Part shown: one piece after another, positions 26,844 through 36,136 of the stretch | Position numbering within the stretch: position 1 is the first letter of the stretch | Layout of the letters: the number at the start of each line of letters is the position of its first letter | DNA from: an uncultured virus (IMG/VR IMGVR_UViG_3300047170_000110) | Taxonomy: Duplodnaviria; Heunggongvirae; Uroviricota; Caudoviricetes | Reading direction: 5' to 3' (one strand) | Virus record (IMG/VR): IMGVR_UViG_3300047170_000110 | Length of the DNA stretch: 45,963 nucleotides | Notes under the pieces: generated by a model | The model's input: the letters and a program-made list of their open reading frames with translations, nothing else | The model's database searches: none | Told to the model about the DNA's origin: nothing | Program-made: the position numbers and the translations under genes

Positions 26844-27689
26844 CTAGGGGGAGAGAGCGCCCTCATTTTTTTCTGTAGGACCAGGAAGTAGTTTTGTTCC
26901 CGACTTGATCGCCAGCAACACGCGCTCTTTGTCTTTAAAGAAAGAATCGATCCGATCCGCGAGCGCGCAGATCCCGATCATCACCTCGTAAAAGAATTTC
27001 GCCGCCTCTTCGGTGTAGGGCATCTCTTTGAGTCCCTCGGGCAACTCGTAGCCGTCCTCCCGGGACCCTTCGTCAAAGAACCAAATGCCGGTAAAGCCAT
27101 TCAGCTTGGCTCTCCAGGAAACATCCGATCCGTGATGGTTCTCCAGGCCGTCTTCCGGGGTGTACCGGATCTTGGTGCCGGAAGATCGGGTGAAGGTTTG
27201 CTTGGTAATGACTCGGGCCATGAAGCCGACCTGAAAGAAGTCGGACTGCTTCATGTGTCCGTCCAGGTTTCCGAACCAATCCCCCTGGCCTTTACCATAC
27301 ACGGGTGCGTATCCCCCGTTGGGGTAAATCGTGCCGTCCTTCCCCTTGTAGAACGAGACTCGGTTGTCCGTGCCGTATACGAGGATCAGCTCTTCCGTAA
27401 CCGTGCAGGCAACGTGATCTTCGGCTGCCTTCTGGCTAAAGTCCTCCAGAAGCCGGAGTGTCTTGGCCGCGAGACGGGTCTTCCCCCGGTGGTAGTCGAT
27501 CCCTACGTCTTCCCACTCAGGTTTGGCGGAGTTCCGATCCACTCGTTTGAGTCGCTCCGCCGATTCCAGAAGTTCCTCGGGCACGGTTGTCCGGAAAATT
27601 CCGGTCGAATCCACCGTCACGTCCAGGTCCTTAGAGAACTTTTGGACAGGGGATTTGGCGATCACTCGGATCGTGCTAATTTTAGCCAT
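26844..27689 (-). CDS. hypothetical protein (MAKISTIRV...), paralog of 28499-29134
   Basis: GAAGGA RBS before ATG 27689; C-terminal EMPYTEEAAKFF motif. Confidence 0.7.
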   Translation of the reverse strand: MAKISTIRVIAKSPVQKFSKDLDVTVDSTGIFRTTVPEELLESAERLKRVDRNSAKPEWEDVGIDYHRGKTRLAAKTLRLLEDFSQKAAEDHVACTVTEELILVYGTDNRVSFYKGKDGTIYPNGGYAPVYGKGQGDWFGNLDGHMKQSDFFQVGFMARVITKQTFTRSSGTKIRYTPEDGLENHHGSDVSWRAKLNGFTGIWFFDEGSREDGYELPEGLKEMPYTEEAAKFFYEVMIGICALADRIDSFFKDKERVLLAIKSGTKLLPGPTEKNEGALSP

Positions 27690-27942
27690 CGGTAGGGGTT
27701 CCTTCTTTTTTAGAATTCCTAAATGTAATTCCGTTCTCTTTCGCAAAGGCAAGTGCGCGTTGGTGGGCTTCTTCCTGTGTGGCATAATAACCCAAGGAAA
27801 TATTACCCTTGTAACGGACCTTGCTCTGCCAGGGGAGACGCCTGCCATCTTTAAAGGATGTGCCCCATGTTTTTGTGTAAGTCCTAACAAAGCTATCCCC
27901 CCGAGGGGCATGGGATAGGGCTCTTTCTAACGTCCAACCCAA
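27682..27942 (-). pseudogene. AP2-domain remnant of an HNH-AP2 homing endonuclease
   Basis: LGWTLERAL followed by 'WQSKVRYKG.ISLGYYATQEEAH' AP2-like motif; no nuclease domain, poor start, AT-rich. Confidence 0.5.
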
Positions 27943-27984
27943 GTCGAGTCCTGCCCCCGACTTTTGAGTCCGTTCCCCTTGATC

Positions 27985-28329
27985 TTAGCCATAGCGCAAA
28001 ATCTCCAACACTTGAGCCCAGGCGCTTGTCGTGTAGAGCTTCATGAGATTGGTGGTAGGGGAGGTAGAGAAGGACGGATACCGGGCGCCGTTCAGCGCGT
28101 ACCGGCAAGCTTCCTCCTGTATCTTCTCCACCGGGACCGGCTCCCCCTCCCCTTCAGGGCTGAGCCATTTCACCACCCGATCAAAGACAGCCGAATAGGC
28201 TGCGGCCTGAAAAGTCGTGTAGGAGCCTTCCAGAGCGCGGACGGGATCCATCTCCATGCGTCTTTGGAATTCTGCCAATTCTTTTTTATACAAATCAGAT
28301 TTAGTCTTGAACGTGTCTATCAGGTGCAT
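27985..28329 (-). CDS. hypothetical protein
   Basis: 114 aa, abuts upstream stop. Confidence 0.6.
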   Translation of the reverse strand: MHLIDTFKTKSDLYKKELAEFQRRMEMDPVRALEGSYTTFQAAAYSAVFDRVVKWLSPEGEGEPVPVEKIQEEACRYALNGARYPSFSTSPTTNLMKLYTTSAWAQVLEILRYG

Positions 28330-28512
28330 TTATTTTCCCTTTTGCGCCGGTTTCTTTGGGACCGCTCGTTTTAGGATCGCTACTATTTCTTTGTAGGTGG
28401 GAGACGAGGTTCTCACGTCCAGCTTGCCCCATTGCTCGCCGTGAGCTTTGATGGCGAAAAGAAAGGCAATTGCTTCGCGTGCCGACCTTTGACTGATCCT
28501 AACTTGTGCCAT
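28330..28512 (-). CDS. small hypothetical protein (MAQVRIS...)
   Basis: GGAGG RBS before ATG 28512; fills operon gap. Confidence 0.5.
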   Translation of the reverse strand: MAQVRISQRSAREAIAFLFAIKAHGEQWGKLDVRTSSPTYKEIVAILKRAVPKKPAQKGK

Positions 28513-29134
28513 TAGTCTTTTCCTCCGGGGTTCTGAGATCGGGGAGCGCATGCTTGCCGTCGATCGCGGCCAACAGGGCGGTTTTCTTTTGTTTGTCGAA
28601 GAACAGGTGCAGCTTCATAATCATCGCGTTCAGGCTGGCTTCCATGGTGGCGAAGAACGCTTCTCGCTCGGGGGTCCAGGGCATCTCCTGGTAGTCGTTA
28701 TCCACGTACTGGTCTTGGCCCTTTTCGGTACGCCAGATCGTTTCCCCCCGGTGGGAGTGCTTTATCATTACCTCGTATTTGAGCGAGATTCCAGTTCCGT
28801 CCCGGGAGGTTTTCCCGAGGTAGAGGGACTTCTTTCGACCCGTTTTGGTGTCTTTGTACTCGAAGCCGCAATCCAAGGTCACCTTGTAGAGGATGACCTT
28901 CTCTTTTTTGTCATCCAAGACGAGCTTCTGATACGTCTGGACCTTTTCGCGGACGTAGTCTTTCAGCTTCTCGAAATTAGAGTCCGAGTAGCAGTGCGTG
29001 GTCTCATCACCCAGGATCTCTTTGCAGACATCCTCCGGGAGCGTCAAGGTGAACTGGTTACTAGAGGGGTGGAAAAAGATCGGGACCGTTACGGGCTTGT
29101 CGAATACGCGGAAAGTGAAGTTCTCAATTTTCAT
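28499..29134 (-). CDS. hypothetical protein (MKIENFTF...), paralog of 26844-27689
   Basis: GAAGGA RBS; EMPWTPEREAFF motif. Confidence 0.7.
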   Translation of the reverse strand: MKIENFTFRVFDKPVTVPIFFHPSSNQFTLTLPEDVCKEILGDETTHCYSDSNFEKLKDYVREKVQTYQKLVLDDKKEKVILYKVTLDCGFEYKDTKTGRKKSLYLGKTSRDGTGISLKYEVMIKHSHRGETIWRTEKGQDQYVDNDYQEMPWTPEREAFFATMEASLNAMIMKLHLFFDKQKKTALLAAIDGKHALPDLRTPEEKTNGTS

Positions 29135-29309
29135 GAATTTCCTTCTCCGCTTCAGTGGCTGTCGGGAGTTCGGTCTCGCTGACCTTGATTTTGATGACCG
29201 CATGGGGATTCAACTCCTGGAGCTGACCCCGTTCGATGTCCGCTTCCCGGGCCGTATCAAAGGGGATCGGATGCCTGTCTCCATCCACGCTCAGGTAGTA
29301 TTTGGCCAT
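29124..29309 (-). CDS. small hypothetical protein
   Basis: 61 aa, overlaps both neighbours in operon. Confidence 0.5.
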   Translation of the reverse strand: MAKYYLSVDGDRHPIPFDTAREADIERGQLQELNPHAVIKIKVSETELPTATEAEKEIHEN

Positions 29310-29572
29310 ATGACTCGCCCCCCTAACAGGACAACAGCCGATTCAGCCTGCATTTGTTCGTCACTCCGTTTAAACCGAGGCGATCCGGCTGCGGCATCCC
29401 GGGCGTCCATGCAGCTCTCATGAACCCAGCAGTCATGGGAAGGCCAAGGTGTCGGCCGGATGTAGATCTTTTCTGAGCTATTCGAGGGGATCGTTTTCTC
29501 GCACATCCAGCAGATCGATTCGTGAGGCCGCGAGCAGCGGAAACATTTCATTTTGGGATCACATAGAGCCAT
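29291..29572 (-). CDS. Cys/His-rich Zn-finger-like protein
   Basis: CFRC, CWMC, HESC motifs; GAGGG RBS. Confidence 0.5.
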   Translation of the reverse strand: MALCDPKMKCFRCSRPHESICWMCEKTIPSNSSEKIYIRPTPWPSHDCWVHESCMDARDAAAGSPRFKRSDEQMQAESAVVLLGGRVIWPNTT

Positions 29573-29574
29573 CG

Positions 29575-31041
29575 TCACGCCCTCTTTCGTTTGGTCTTGG
29601 CCTTTTCATCAGCCGCCACCATCTTCACCATCTCGCGAACCGTCTGGATCTCCCCAAGCGAGTTCACGACCGCGATTTCATCGCAGAAAGCTTCCAGGTC
29701 ATCCCCATCCGTCCCGTCCCCGTTGATGTGATCGTTGATCGCCACTCCGAAGATGCGGACCGAGGTTTCCTCCTTGAGCCGGAGGATCTCCTTCAGCTGC
29801 GCGTCCGAGAACCGGTACTCGCCGTCCGTGATGAGCACGATGTCGGCGGGCTTCAAATCCTTGTCCTTCTGGCGCATCTCAAAAGCGGCCTTGAGGGGCT
29901 TGTAGAAATCCGTACCGCCATCCACATCAAGGGAGGCGATTGCAATCTTGTCCTGGATCGGAACGGACATCCCGCGAGCGAAAAATCTCCGGTACTTCAC
30001 TTCCGCGTTGAAGGCCGAGTAGCCAAAAGCCCGCTTCTGTTTTTCCGCGAGATGCATCATGGCGATCGAGACGGCTTTCGCCCACTCGCTCCGGGCTCCC
30101 TTCATAGAATAGGAATGATCTTCGAGGAGGATCAACGGGCCACGACCCAGGTTGTCCACGCCGCGCAAGTTGTACACGAGGCACTTCCCCTCCAGGAGAT
30201 CGCGGTAAAAAGATTTAGGGCTGCGCTTGAGCTTAATCATCTCGGTCGGCAGCATATGCTCCAGGTTCCGGCCCGGACCTACGTCCACCAGCTCGTCGTT
30301 CCCATGGCGCGGGATGATCGCCTTGGCCGCGTTCACCACGTTCTTGAAGCGACCCACCAGCTCGGCGACCGAGGCGAGTTTCGGAGTCTTGAGGAGCTTT
30401 TCGGCCAGCTCCATGCGTTGCTTGAAAGGGACCTGTTTGAGTTCGGCCGGATCCGCGCCCCAGCTCCCACGGGCGTTCTCCCATTGGTCCACCGCACCCT
30501 GCGCGTCTTTGATCCCCTGGCGGAGACCGTTACGGAGATCCGAAAGCTCTTCGTCGGACAGGATGTCGGACAACTGGACTTCGCCGTTCGGGCCGGAACC
30601 TTCACCGGGCTTAGGGGGTTCGCGATCTTCCTCTTCGAGTTTCTCCTCGATCTCTTCGAGCTTCTCCAGGAGCGCGGGAGCCAGCTGGAGGGTCCCGAAC
30701 GCGGAAGCGATCTCATCGAGCTTGGCGCTCGCGTGCAGCTGCTTGTATTCGGGGAGCGCCATCAACTGCTCGGCCAGGCCCTTCTGGACCATCGGAGCGG
30801 TCTCTTTGACCTTGGGCGAGAGCTTGTAAAGGGAGCTGAAAACGTCCTGCACGAGCGCCTCCGAAGCGGGGCTATCGTCGATCAGGTCTCCGACCTTCGT
30901 CTGGGCCATCTCCTTGAAGATCAGCTGGTCCATCGAGTCCACGTGGATCGCAGCCAGGTCTGCCGCTTCGGCCGAAGCCAAGGCGCGATCGTAGGGAGGT
31001 TTCTTCGAAGCTTTTTTAGGCGCGGCCGTTTGGGTTTTCAT
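29575..31041 (-). CDS. ViaA/CoxE-like VWA-domain protein
   Basis: MIDAS LEDHSYSM, GGTDF..PL, ADIVLITDGE; 'GRNLEHMLPTE' ViaA-like segment. Confidence 0.9.
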   Translation of the reverse strand: MKTQTAAPKKASKKPPYDRALASAEAADLAAIHVDSMDQLIFKEMAQTKVGDLIDDSPASEALVQDVFSSLYKLSPKVKETAPMVQKGLAEQLMALPEYKQLHASAKLDEIASAFGTLQLAPALLEKLEEIEEKLEEEDREPPKPGEGSGPNGEVQLSDILSDEELSDLRNGLRQGIKDAQGAVDQWENARGSWGADPAELKQVPFKQRMELAEKLLKTPKLASVAELVGRFKNVVNAAKAIIPRHGNDELVDVGPGRNLEHMLPTEMIKLKRSPKSFYRDLLEGKCLVYNLRGVDNLGRGPLILLEDHSYSMKGARSEWAKAVSIAMMHLAEKQKRAFGYSAFNAEVKYRRFFARGMSVPIQDKIAIASLDVDGGTDFYKPLKAAFEMRQKDKDLKPADIVLITDGEYRFSDAQLKEILRLKEETSVRIFGVAINDHINGDGTDGDDLEAFCDEIAVVNSLGEIQTVREMVKMVAADEKAKTKRKRA

Positions 31042-31093
31042 AGTTATCAGTATATTGGCTTTATCAGTACATTGCTAGTGTGTCAATCGAGAC

Positions 31094-31120
31094 AGGGGTC
31101 CTGGACAGCGCCCAGGACCC
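31094..31120 (-). terminator. GC hairpin between DUF6744-like and VWA genes
   Basis: GGGGTCCTGG..CCAGGACCCC; weak U-tract. Confidence 0.5.
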
Positions 31121-31135
31121 CTTGAATCTAAAGGA

Positions 31136-32080
31136 TTAAACGAGGTGTTGTTTCAGGAGCGCGGAAAGGGAGGACAATTCCGTCTTCAGGCTGCTGGCCG
31201 TACCGGTCAGGAGGGTCTCGTACATTTCGACCTTGCTCTGAAGGGACTTGAAAACCTTCAGGCGAGCTTCGATACCGCGATCGGTGGTAGGGGGATTCGT
31301 CTGGAGCTTTTCCTTCTCGCTTGCGAGCTGCGCTTCGATTTCACCCACGAGGGACTTCCACATGCTCTTCTTAGCTTGGGCGGTATCGATCACGGGGATG
31401 ATTCCGAGCGAGCACTGGGGGAAGAAGGCGAAAAACTTCTGGAGCTTCTGGAATTCGGCACTATAGGTCGAAGGGACGAAGTACACGCCGCCGTTGTCGC
31501 GAACGGAGATCGCCATGCACTCCTGCCGGAGGTACCGAAGGATCGCTTCGCGGGCGTTGTCCACGTTGTAGAAGCCCTGCTCGGCTTTGTAGCCGTCATG
31601 GACGGCCTGAGCGTTGTGACCATCGACCTTGATCTGCGAAGTCTTCTTGTCGAAGATGATCTGCGTGTCGGTCTGGAAATCGACCTTGTTGGCCGTGCTG
31701 GCATCGAGCCGCTGAGCGACGATCACAAACAGCGTGTGGGCCGGGGATTCGATCGTGCGGTAGAATGAATTCTTACGGGTCGCGGTTTCCTTCTGAATCG
31801 CGCGGACCAGGGCGGATTTGCTGCGCACTTCGCCCGCGATCTCCGGAGAGATGCCCGCTTCCTGGAGCTTTGCCACGAATTCGGAGAACACCATATTGAT
31901 GTTCGTCAGGGACCAGTAGGCGCACTCGCCCAGGAGCGGGTAACCTTCAGCGGAGCTTGCAATCAGACTCCGGGTGACCTGCTTGACGGGCTTCGGAGCG
32001 GCGGCAGCGGCCGGAGCGACGGTCTTCATGGGCGGGAGCTTCTTGGACTTTTTGGCGGAGGGGGTAGTTTGGGTTTTCAT
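31136..32080 (-). CDS. MoxR-associated conserved protein (DUF6744-like)
   Basis: 'LLG...YWSL', 'AISVRDNGGVYFVP', C-terminal coiled coil; lies between MoxR and VWA genes. Confidence 0.65.
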   Translation of the reverse strand: MKTQTTPSAKKSKKLPPMKTVAPAAAAAPKPVKQVTRSLIASSAEGYPLLGECAYWSLTNINMVFSEFVAKLQEAGISPEIAGEVRSKSALVRAIQKETATRKNSFYRTIESPAHTLFVIVAQRLDASTANKVDFQTDTQIIFDKKTSQIKVDGHNAQAVHDGYKAEQGFYNVDNAREAILRYLRQECMAISVRDNGGVYFVPSTYSAEFQKLQKFFAFFPQCSLGIIPVIDTAQAKKSMWKSLVGEIEAQLASEKEKLQTNPPTTDRGIEARLKVFKSLQSKVEMYETLLTGTASSLKTELSSLSALLKQHLV

Positions 32081-32109
32081 ATCGGTTCCTTTCGTTTGAG
32101 GGTTTGGGA

Positions 32110-33249
32110 TTATTCGACGCCGAGTTCGTCTCGGACGAATTTCTGATTGGTCGCATCGACCTGGGCGATGGCCTTATCGAGCTTCGTGTTGTTCATGCCG
32201 GGCTTGCGGAGGTTCTTGAGGGTATCGAGGGACTTCTTGAGCTTCTTCTGGACTTCGAAGGCTTCCAGGCCTTGCTCCCGCTTCCGCCAGCGACCGAGGA
32301 CATCCTGGACCGCATCGGTCTGCGCGGTGATCGCTTCTCCGAGCGGGTTGGAGACTTTCGCGACCATCTGGCGGACCTTCTTGATTTCTTCGGGCGAGGA
32401 CCAGAGCATCGCTTCCAGGATTTCGAGATCGTCCGCTTCCACTTCCGAGTGGCCGTTCAAGTAGGCCTGGGCCTTGATGATGTTGAGGGTCTGGGTCCAG
32501 CGACGGTCGGAGATCTCCATGCCCGAATTTTTCACTTCGGTGCGGAGTTCGAGGATCAGGTCCAGGATCTTTTCCGAGACCGGGAGGGCCATCGCGGCGG
32601 CTTGCTCTTGCTTGATCTTTTCCAGCGGGACGTGCGGGAGTTCCGGACCCTTGCCGGACTGGAGATCAAGCTTGAGCTTCAGGAGAGATTTCATGTTCGC
32701 GTCGTCCTGGATCGCCGCGACCTCAAACCGAACCACCATGCGGTCCCAGAAAGCTTCCAGACCTTCCGCGTCGGGGATGGAATTGGCGGCCGAGTAGAAG
32801 GCTTCGAGAGGGCATTGCACGACCGTGTCGCCGCCGTTTTGGTAGATGCGCTCGTTGATGACCGGCAAGAAGGTGTCGAGGATCGAGGGGCTTCCGCGAG
32901 GGGCTTCGTCGATAAAGGCGATATGGCAGTCGGGGAGCTTGCCACGGATGACGCGCTCGTGAACGTCGTTCTCCATGGACTTGAAGCTCACAGGTCCAAA
33001 GAGTTCTTCGGGGGTGGTGAACTTGTTCATGGTTTTTTCGAAGTACCGGCCGCCGAGCATGCGGGTCAGCACGCGGTAGAGTTCGGACTTGCCCGTGCCC
33101 GGAGGCCCGAGAAGAAACATCGCCTGGCGAGCTAGGAGCGTGACGATCGTTCCGTCGATCACGCTGTCACGTTCTTTGAAAAGTTCTTTCAGGGTGGTCC
33201 GAAGGGTCTGGACCGAAGCTTCAGCGGGGGCTTTCTTATTAGTAGACAT
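32110..33249 (-). CDS. MoxR/RavA-like AAA+ ATPase
   Basis: Walker A GPPGTGKS, TTPEELFGP, Walker B AFIDE, AFWDR, ISDRRW. Confidence 0.92.
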   Translation of the reverse strand: MSTNKKAPAEASVQTLRTTLKELFKERDSVIDGTIVTLLARQAMFLLGPPGTGKSELYRVLTRMLGGRYFEKTMNKFTTPEELFGPVSFKSMENDVHERVIRGKLPDCHIAFIDEAPRGSPSILDTFLPVINERIYQNGGDTVVQCPLEAFYSAANSIPDAEGLEAFWDRMVVRFEVAAIQDDANMKSLLKLKLDLQSGKGPELPHVPLEKIKQEQAAAMALPVSEKILDLILELRTEVKNSGMEISDRRWTQTLNIIKAQAYLNGHSEVEADDLEILEAMLWSSPEEIKKVRQMVAKVSNPLGEAITAQTDAVQDVLGRWRKREQGLEAFEVQKKLKKSLDTLKNLRKPGMNNTKLDKAIAQVDATNQKFVRDELGVE

Positions 33250-33490
33250 AAACACTCAACCTCTCTTCTTCTCTCAATTTACTTTATGCGGGCCGTCATG
33301 TCTACAATTATGTCTAGCGTATCCCCGATTTAGCTAGTACCTTAATAATATTAAGTATTTAGTTATTCAGGGGAGGCTGGATAGACCTCCGACAGGTGCT
33401 TGATCCGAGAGGTAGGGCATGAGATTGCGGGCGTGCGGACGCCCGGCGCGAGATCGCGCGAACGCGGGGGAGGGGGATGGAGGGGTGGGG

Positions 33491-33688
33491 TTACGGCTTT
33501 TGACGCTTCAGGTATTCAACCACGTGGACCCCGTGGCCGGAGAAGATCATCTGGAGCGGGATTTGGTCATGAAAGTGGGGATTGGGCGTATTGAACCACT
33601 GGTTCAACGCGAAGGGGGTTTTAAGTCCCAGCCGCGAGGCGGAGGCCAAGTCCCGAGCTTCCTGAATCTGGGTTTCCAAACTGCTCAT
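33491..33688 (-). CDS. Xre/MbcA/ParS antitoxin C-terminal-like domain protein
   Basis: QWFNTPNPHF..QIPLQMI..G....V..YL fits the W..PN..L....Pl pattern. Confidence 0.6.
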   Translation of the reverse strand: MSSLETQIQEARDLASASRLGLKTPFALNQWFNTPNPHFHDQIPLQMIFSGHGVHVVEYLKRQKP

Positions 33689-34205
33689 ACCCTTGAAGAT
33701 AAACCCGCCAGCGCTCCCGCTTCAACAACACGTCGCGTCCGTACTCCCGGACGGAAGCCATCCGGCAGGTCGCGGGGCGTTTCTGCTTCACATAAAATCC
33801 CGCCTGGTAGCAGCAGGAGAGATCCGCGAGCGAGGAGCCCACTTCGGCATAGCAGCGTTGAATGTAGGCGAGTCCGAGCTGGATGTTGGTCTCCGGATCG
33901 TACATCTGGAAAGCGGACCCGACATACTCCAGCTCCTGGCGGGCGGTGGTGAGGAGAATCTGGAAGAGACCTAAAGACGCGGTCTTGAGTTTCTTCTCCC
34001 AGCGGCGAGCCTTGGGGTTGAATGAAGACTCCTTTTCGGCGACTGCCAGAGCGGTAGCGGGGTCGAGCTGCCGTTCACGGGCGGCGACGATGATCCGGGT
34101 GATGATCTGTTCCCGAGAGAGGATTTCCGCGTCCTGAGCGAGCGCGGCCAAAGGCATACACACGACCGCGAGCGCGATCCCAAAAGCCAGGGTGATCGAT
34201 TTCAT
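33621..34205 (-). CDS. exported lytic transglycosylase (SLT domain)
   Basis: Signal peptide; AVAEKESSFNPKA, GLFQI, DPETNIQLG..YI, YQAG motifs. Confidence 0.9.
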   Translation of the reverse strand: MKSITLAFGIALAVVCMPLAALAQDAEILSREQIITRIIVAARERQLDPATALAVAEKESSFNPKARRWEKKLKTASLGLFQILLTTARQELEYVGSAFQMYDPETNIQLGLAYIQRCYAEVGSSLADLSCCYQAGFYVKQKRPATCRMASVREYGRDVLLKRERWRVYLQGYEQFGNPDSGSSGLGLRLAAGT

Positions 34206-34263
34206 AGAATCCTCAGCCCTAGCACAGCGAGCAGCCAAGGGCCAAGACTAGATGCGTTATAAG

Positions 34264-34524
34264 TTACTGCTCGGTGAGGGGTCCGTGGAGGACCCAAACC
34301 AGTTCCAATCCCATGCGTTCGAAGTCGCGGGAATCCAAAAAGGTGCTGGGGAAGATCCCTTGTTTCACGAGATCCGGATCGATCGTGAAAATGAGCGCGC
34401 TTTCCGAAGAGTCTTCCAACTCCACGTAATAGCAGGTGCCCTCGTGGTCCCGGAGCATACACGCCAGAACGGTGCTGTCGTCCCTGAGTTTGGATGTCAT
34501 GCCTTCTTCCGTTTCGTAATCCAT
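34264..34524 (-). CDS. acidic hypothetical protein
   Basis: AAGGAAGG RBS before ATG 34524. Confidence 0.5.
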   Translation of the reverse strand: MDYETEEGMTSKLRDDSTVLACMLRDHEGTCYYVELEDSSESALIFTIDPDLVKQGIFPSTFLDSRDFERMGLELVWVLHGPLTEQ

Positions 34525-34607
34525 CCGGCACCTTCCTTGGTGGCCTATTGAAAAAATAAGAGACCTTCGCCTCCATGGGAGTTTGAGAGGTTTAGTAAAA
34601 TCCTGAG

Positions 34608-34859
34608 GTGGGTAACCATTTTCCAAACCGAGTTGAAAAAACCTTCGAAACCGACGGCAAGACGACGCACCTGACCCTTTTCGGGCCGGGCAACCATGTC
34701 GAGCGGGAGGTGGAAAACTACTTTCGCGAGTACCCCTGGATCCGCTTCGAGACGAAAATAGTCCAGCGCACCCAGCTGGACAACGGGTGGGTGGCGGTCG
34801 GGGTCTGGCGCCGGGGGACGACCTCCTCCCAGCACGGTTACAACCGAGGGATCGACTAG
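34608..34859 (+). CDS. hypothetical protein
   Basis: 83 aa behind TTAGTAAAA at 34592-34600. Confidence 0.55.
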   Translation: MGNHFPNRVEKTFETDGKTTHLTLFGPGNHVEREVENYFREYPWIRFETKIVQRTQLDNGWVAVGVWRRGTTSSQHGYNRGID

Positions 34860-34885
34860 GACGAATCTGGGGTTATTTTCAAAAC

Positions 34886-35227
34886 ATGAGTCTGTTACTC
34901 GATCGCAACCCCGAAGACGGCCAGTACGAACTCAAGCACCTGGGCATCACACTCGCCCGGTACGAATTCCTGACCGATGGCTACGAAAACGCCCTACGCT
35001 CCGCGAAAAATACGCGGCAGAAACTCTTCGTTTCCGCCGCCTGTATCTCGGATTGGTACGTAGGTTTCCCAAAAGACGCGACCGCCATGCCCGAAGTTTT
35101 TGAAGAACGCGACCCCAAAGTGGTCGAAGCGAAGCTGCAAGATTACCGGTTCGTCGAGGGCCCCTTCGATTCTTCCGATACCGCGAAACGCGCAGCACTG
35201 CTGATTTCCGGGCACTCGGTCCCTTAA
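34886..35227 (+). CDS. hypothetical late protein (MSLLLDRN...)
   Basis: GGTTATTTT motif 13 nt before ATG. Confidence 0.6.
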   Translation: MSLLLDRNPEDGQYELKHLGITLARYEFLTDGYENALRSAKNTRQKLFVSAACISDWYVGFPKDATAMPEVFEERDPKVVEAKLQDYRFVEGPFDSSDTAKRAALLISGHSVP

Positions 35228-35251
35228 CTGGAAGAAGGGATCACGTGACGT

Positions 35252-35599
35252 ATGCCGATCAGCGACGAGCAGTTCCTCAAGATCCAAGAACAACTCGCCC
35301 GAGTGGATGAGCGAACCATCTACACCGGTCGGGATATTTCCGATTTCAAGGTCATGCTGGAGCGCCACCGGTCCGAGTCGAAGGAAAGCTCGGCCGAGAT
35401 CAAGGTCATTTTAAACAGCCATCTTCAAGCCCAGGCGGCTCGCGAGTCCGAGCAGGACAAGAAAATCAGCGATAATCTCGTGGCCATCGCGGAAGTCCGG
35501 GTCGAAAAGAAGCGGGACAACATCTGGATGTACGGGATCTTCTTGGCCGTATGGAGCGGGTTGGTCGCATGGATCAAATACAGACCACCCGGCAGCTGA
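35252..35599 (+). CDS. coiled-coil protein with C-terminal TM helix (holin/XhlA-like)
   Basis: 'EQLARVDERT' coiled coil; IWMYGIFLAVWSGLVAWI hydrophobic segment. Confidence 0.55.
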   Translation: MPISDEQFLKIQEQLARVDERTIYTGRDISDFKVMLERHRSESKESSAEIKVILNSHLQAQAARESEQDKKISDNLVAIAEVRVEKKRDNIWMYGIFLAVWSGLVAWIKYRPPGS

Positions 35600-36051
35600 G
35601 CTGTCGGCCCTATTTTTATGCCCAGGTCTCGGCCGCGATCGACGCCCAGTTCCTGGAAGCGGGCGATCTTCCCCGCGCCCACCTTCAGGCAATCCGATCC
35701 ACCCTGGATCCGGAGCTGGCCAAGCGGACTCCCCTGATCGCGGGCACCCAGCCGCTCAACCGGTATTCGATCCTGCCGGGCAAGACGTTCGCGGCTTCGC
35801 CCAAATCGAAGGAAAAGTACAAGATCCTCCGCCTCGTCGCGAACGACGTGATTGTGCAGAATTTGAAGACCCAAAAGGTCCAGACCGTCCAAATCGACGT
35901 GCTCCTCAAGGAGTGGGCAAGCCAGGGATTCCAGGAAATCAGCCTCCTCGGAGACATCATCGACACGATCAAAAGTGTCTTGGGGCCCGTTTTGGGGGTC
36001 TTCCTGACAGCCGCTTTGATCTCCTGGATCACAGAAAAACTGGGCCGATGA
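35569..36051 (+). CDS. membrane-anchored hypothetical protein (start uncertain)
   Basis: C-terminal hydrophobic VLGPVLGVFLTAALISWI. Confidence 0.5.
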   Translation: MDQIQTTRQLSCRPYFYAQVSAAIDAQFLEAGDLPRAHLQAIRSTLDPELAKRTPLIAGTQPLNRYSILPGKTFAASPKSKEKYKILRLVANDVIVQNLKTQKVQTVQIDVLLKEWASQGFQEISLLGDIIDTIKSVLGPVLGVFLTAALISWITEKLGR

Positions 36052-36136
36052 GCGCCCGATACGGGCCGGTCTTAAAGCAGCATTATTTTAAGAGAGTGAA
36101 AGTTATTTCTTTCAAACGCTTTGAGGGAGAGACCCA

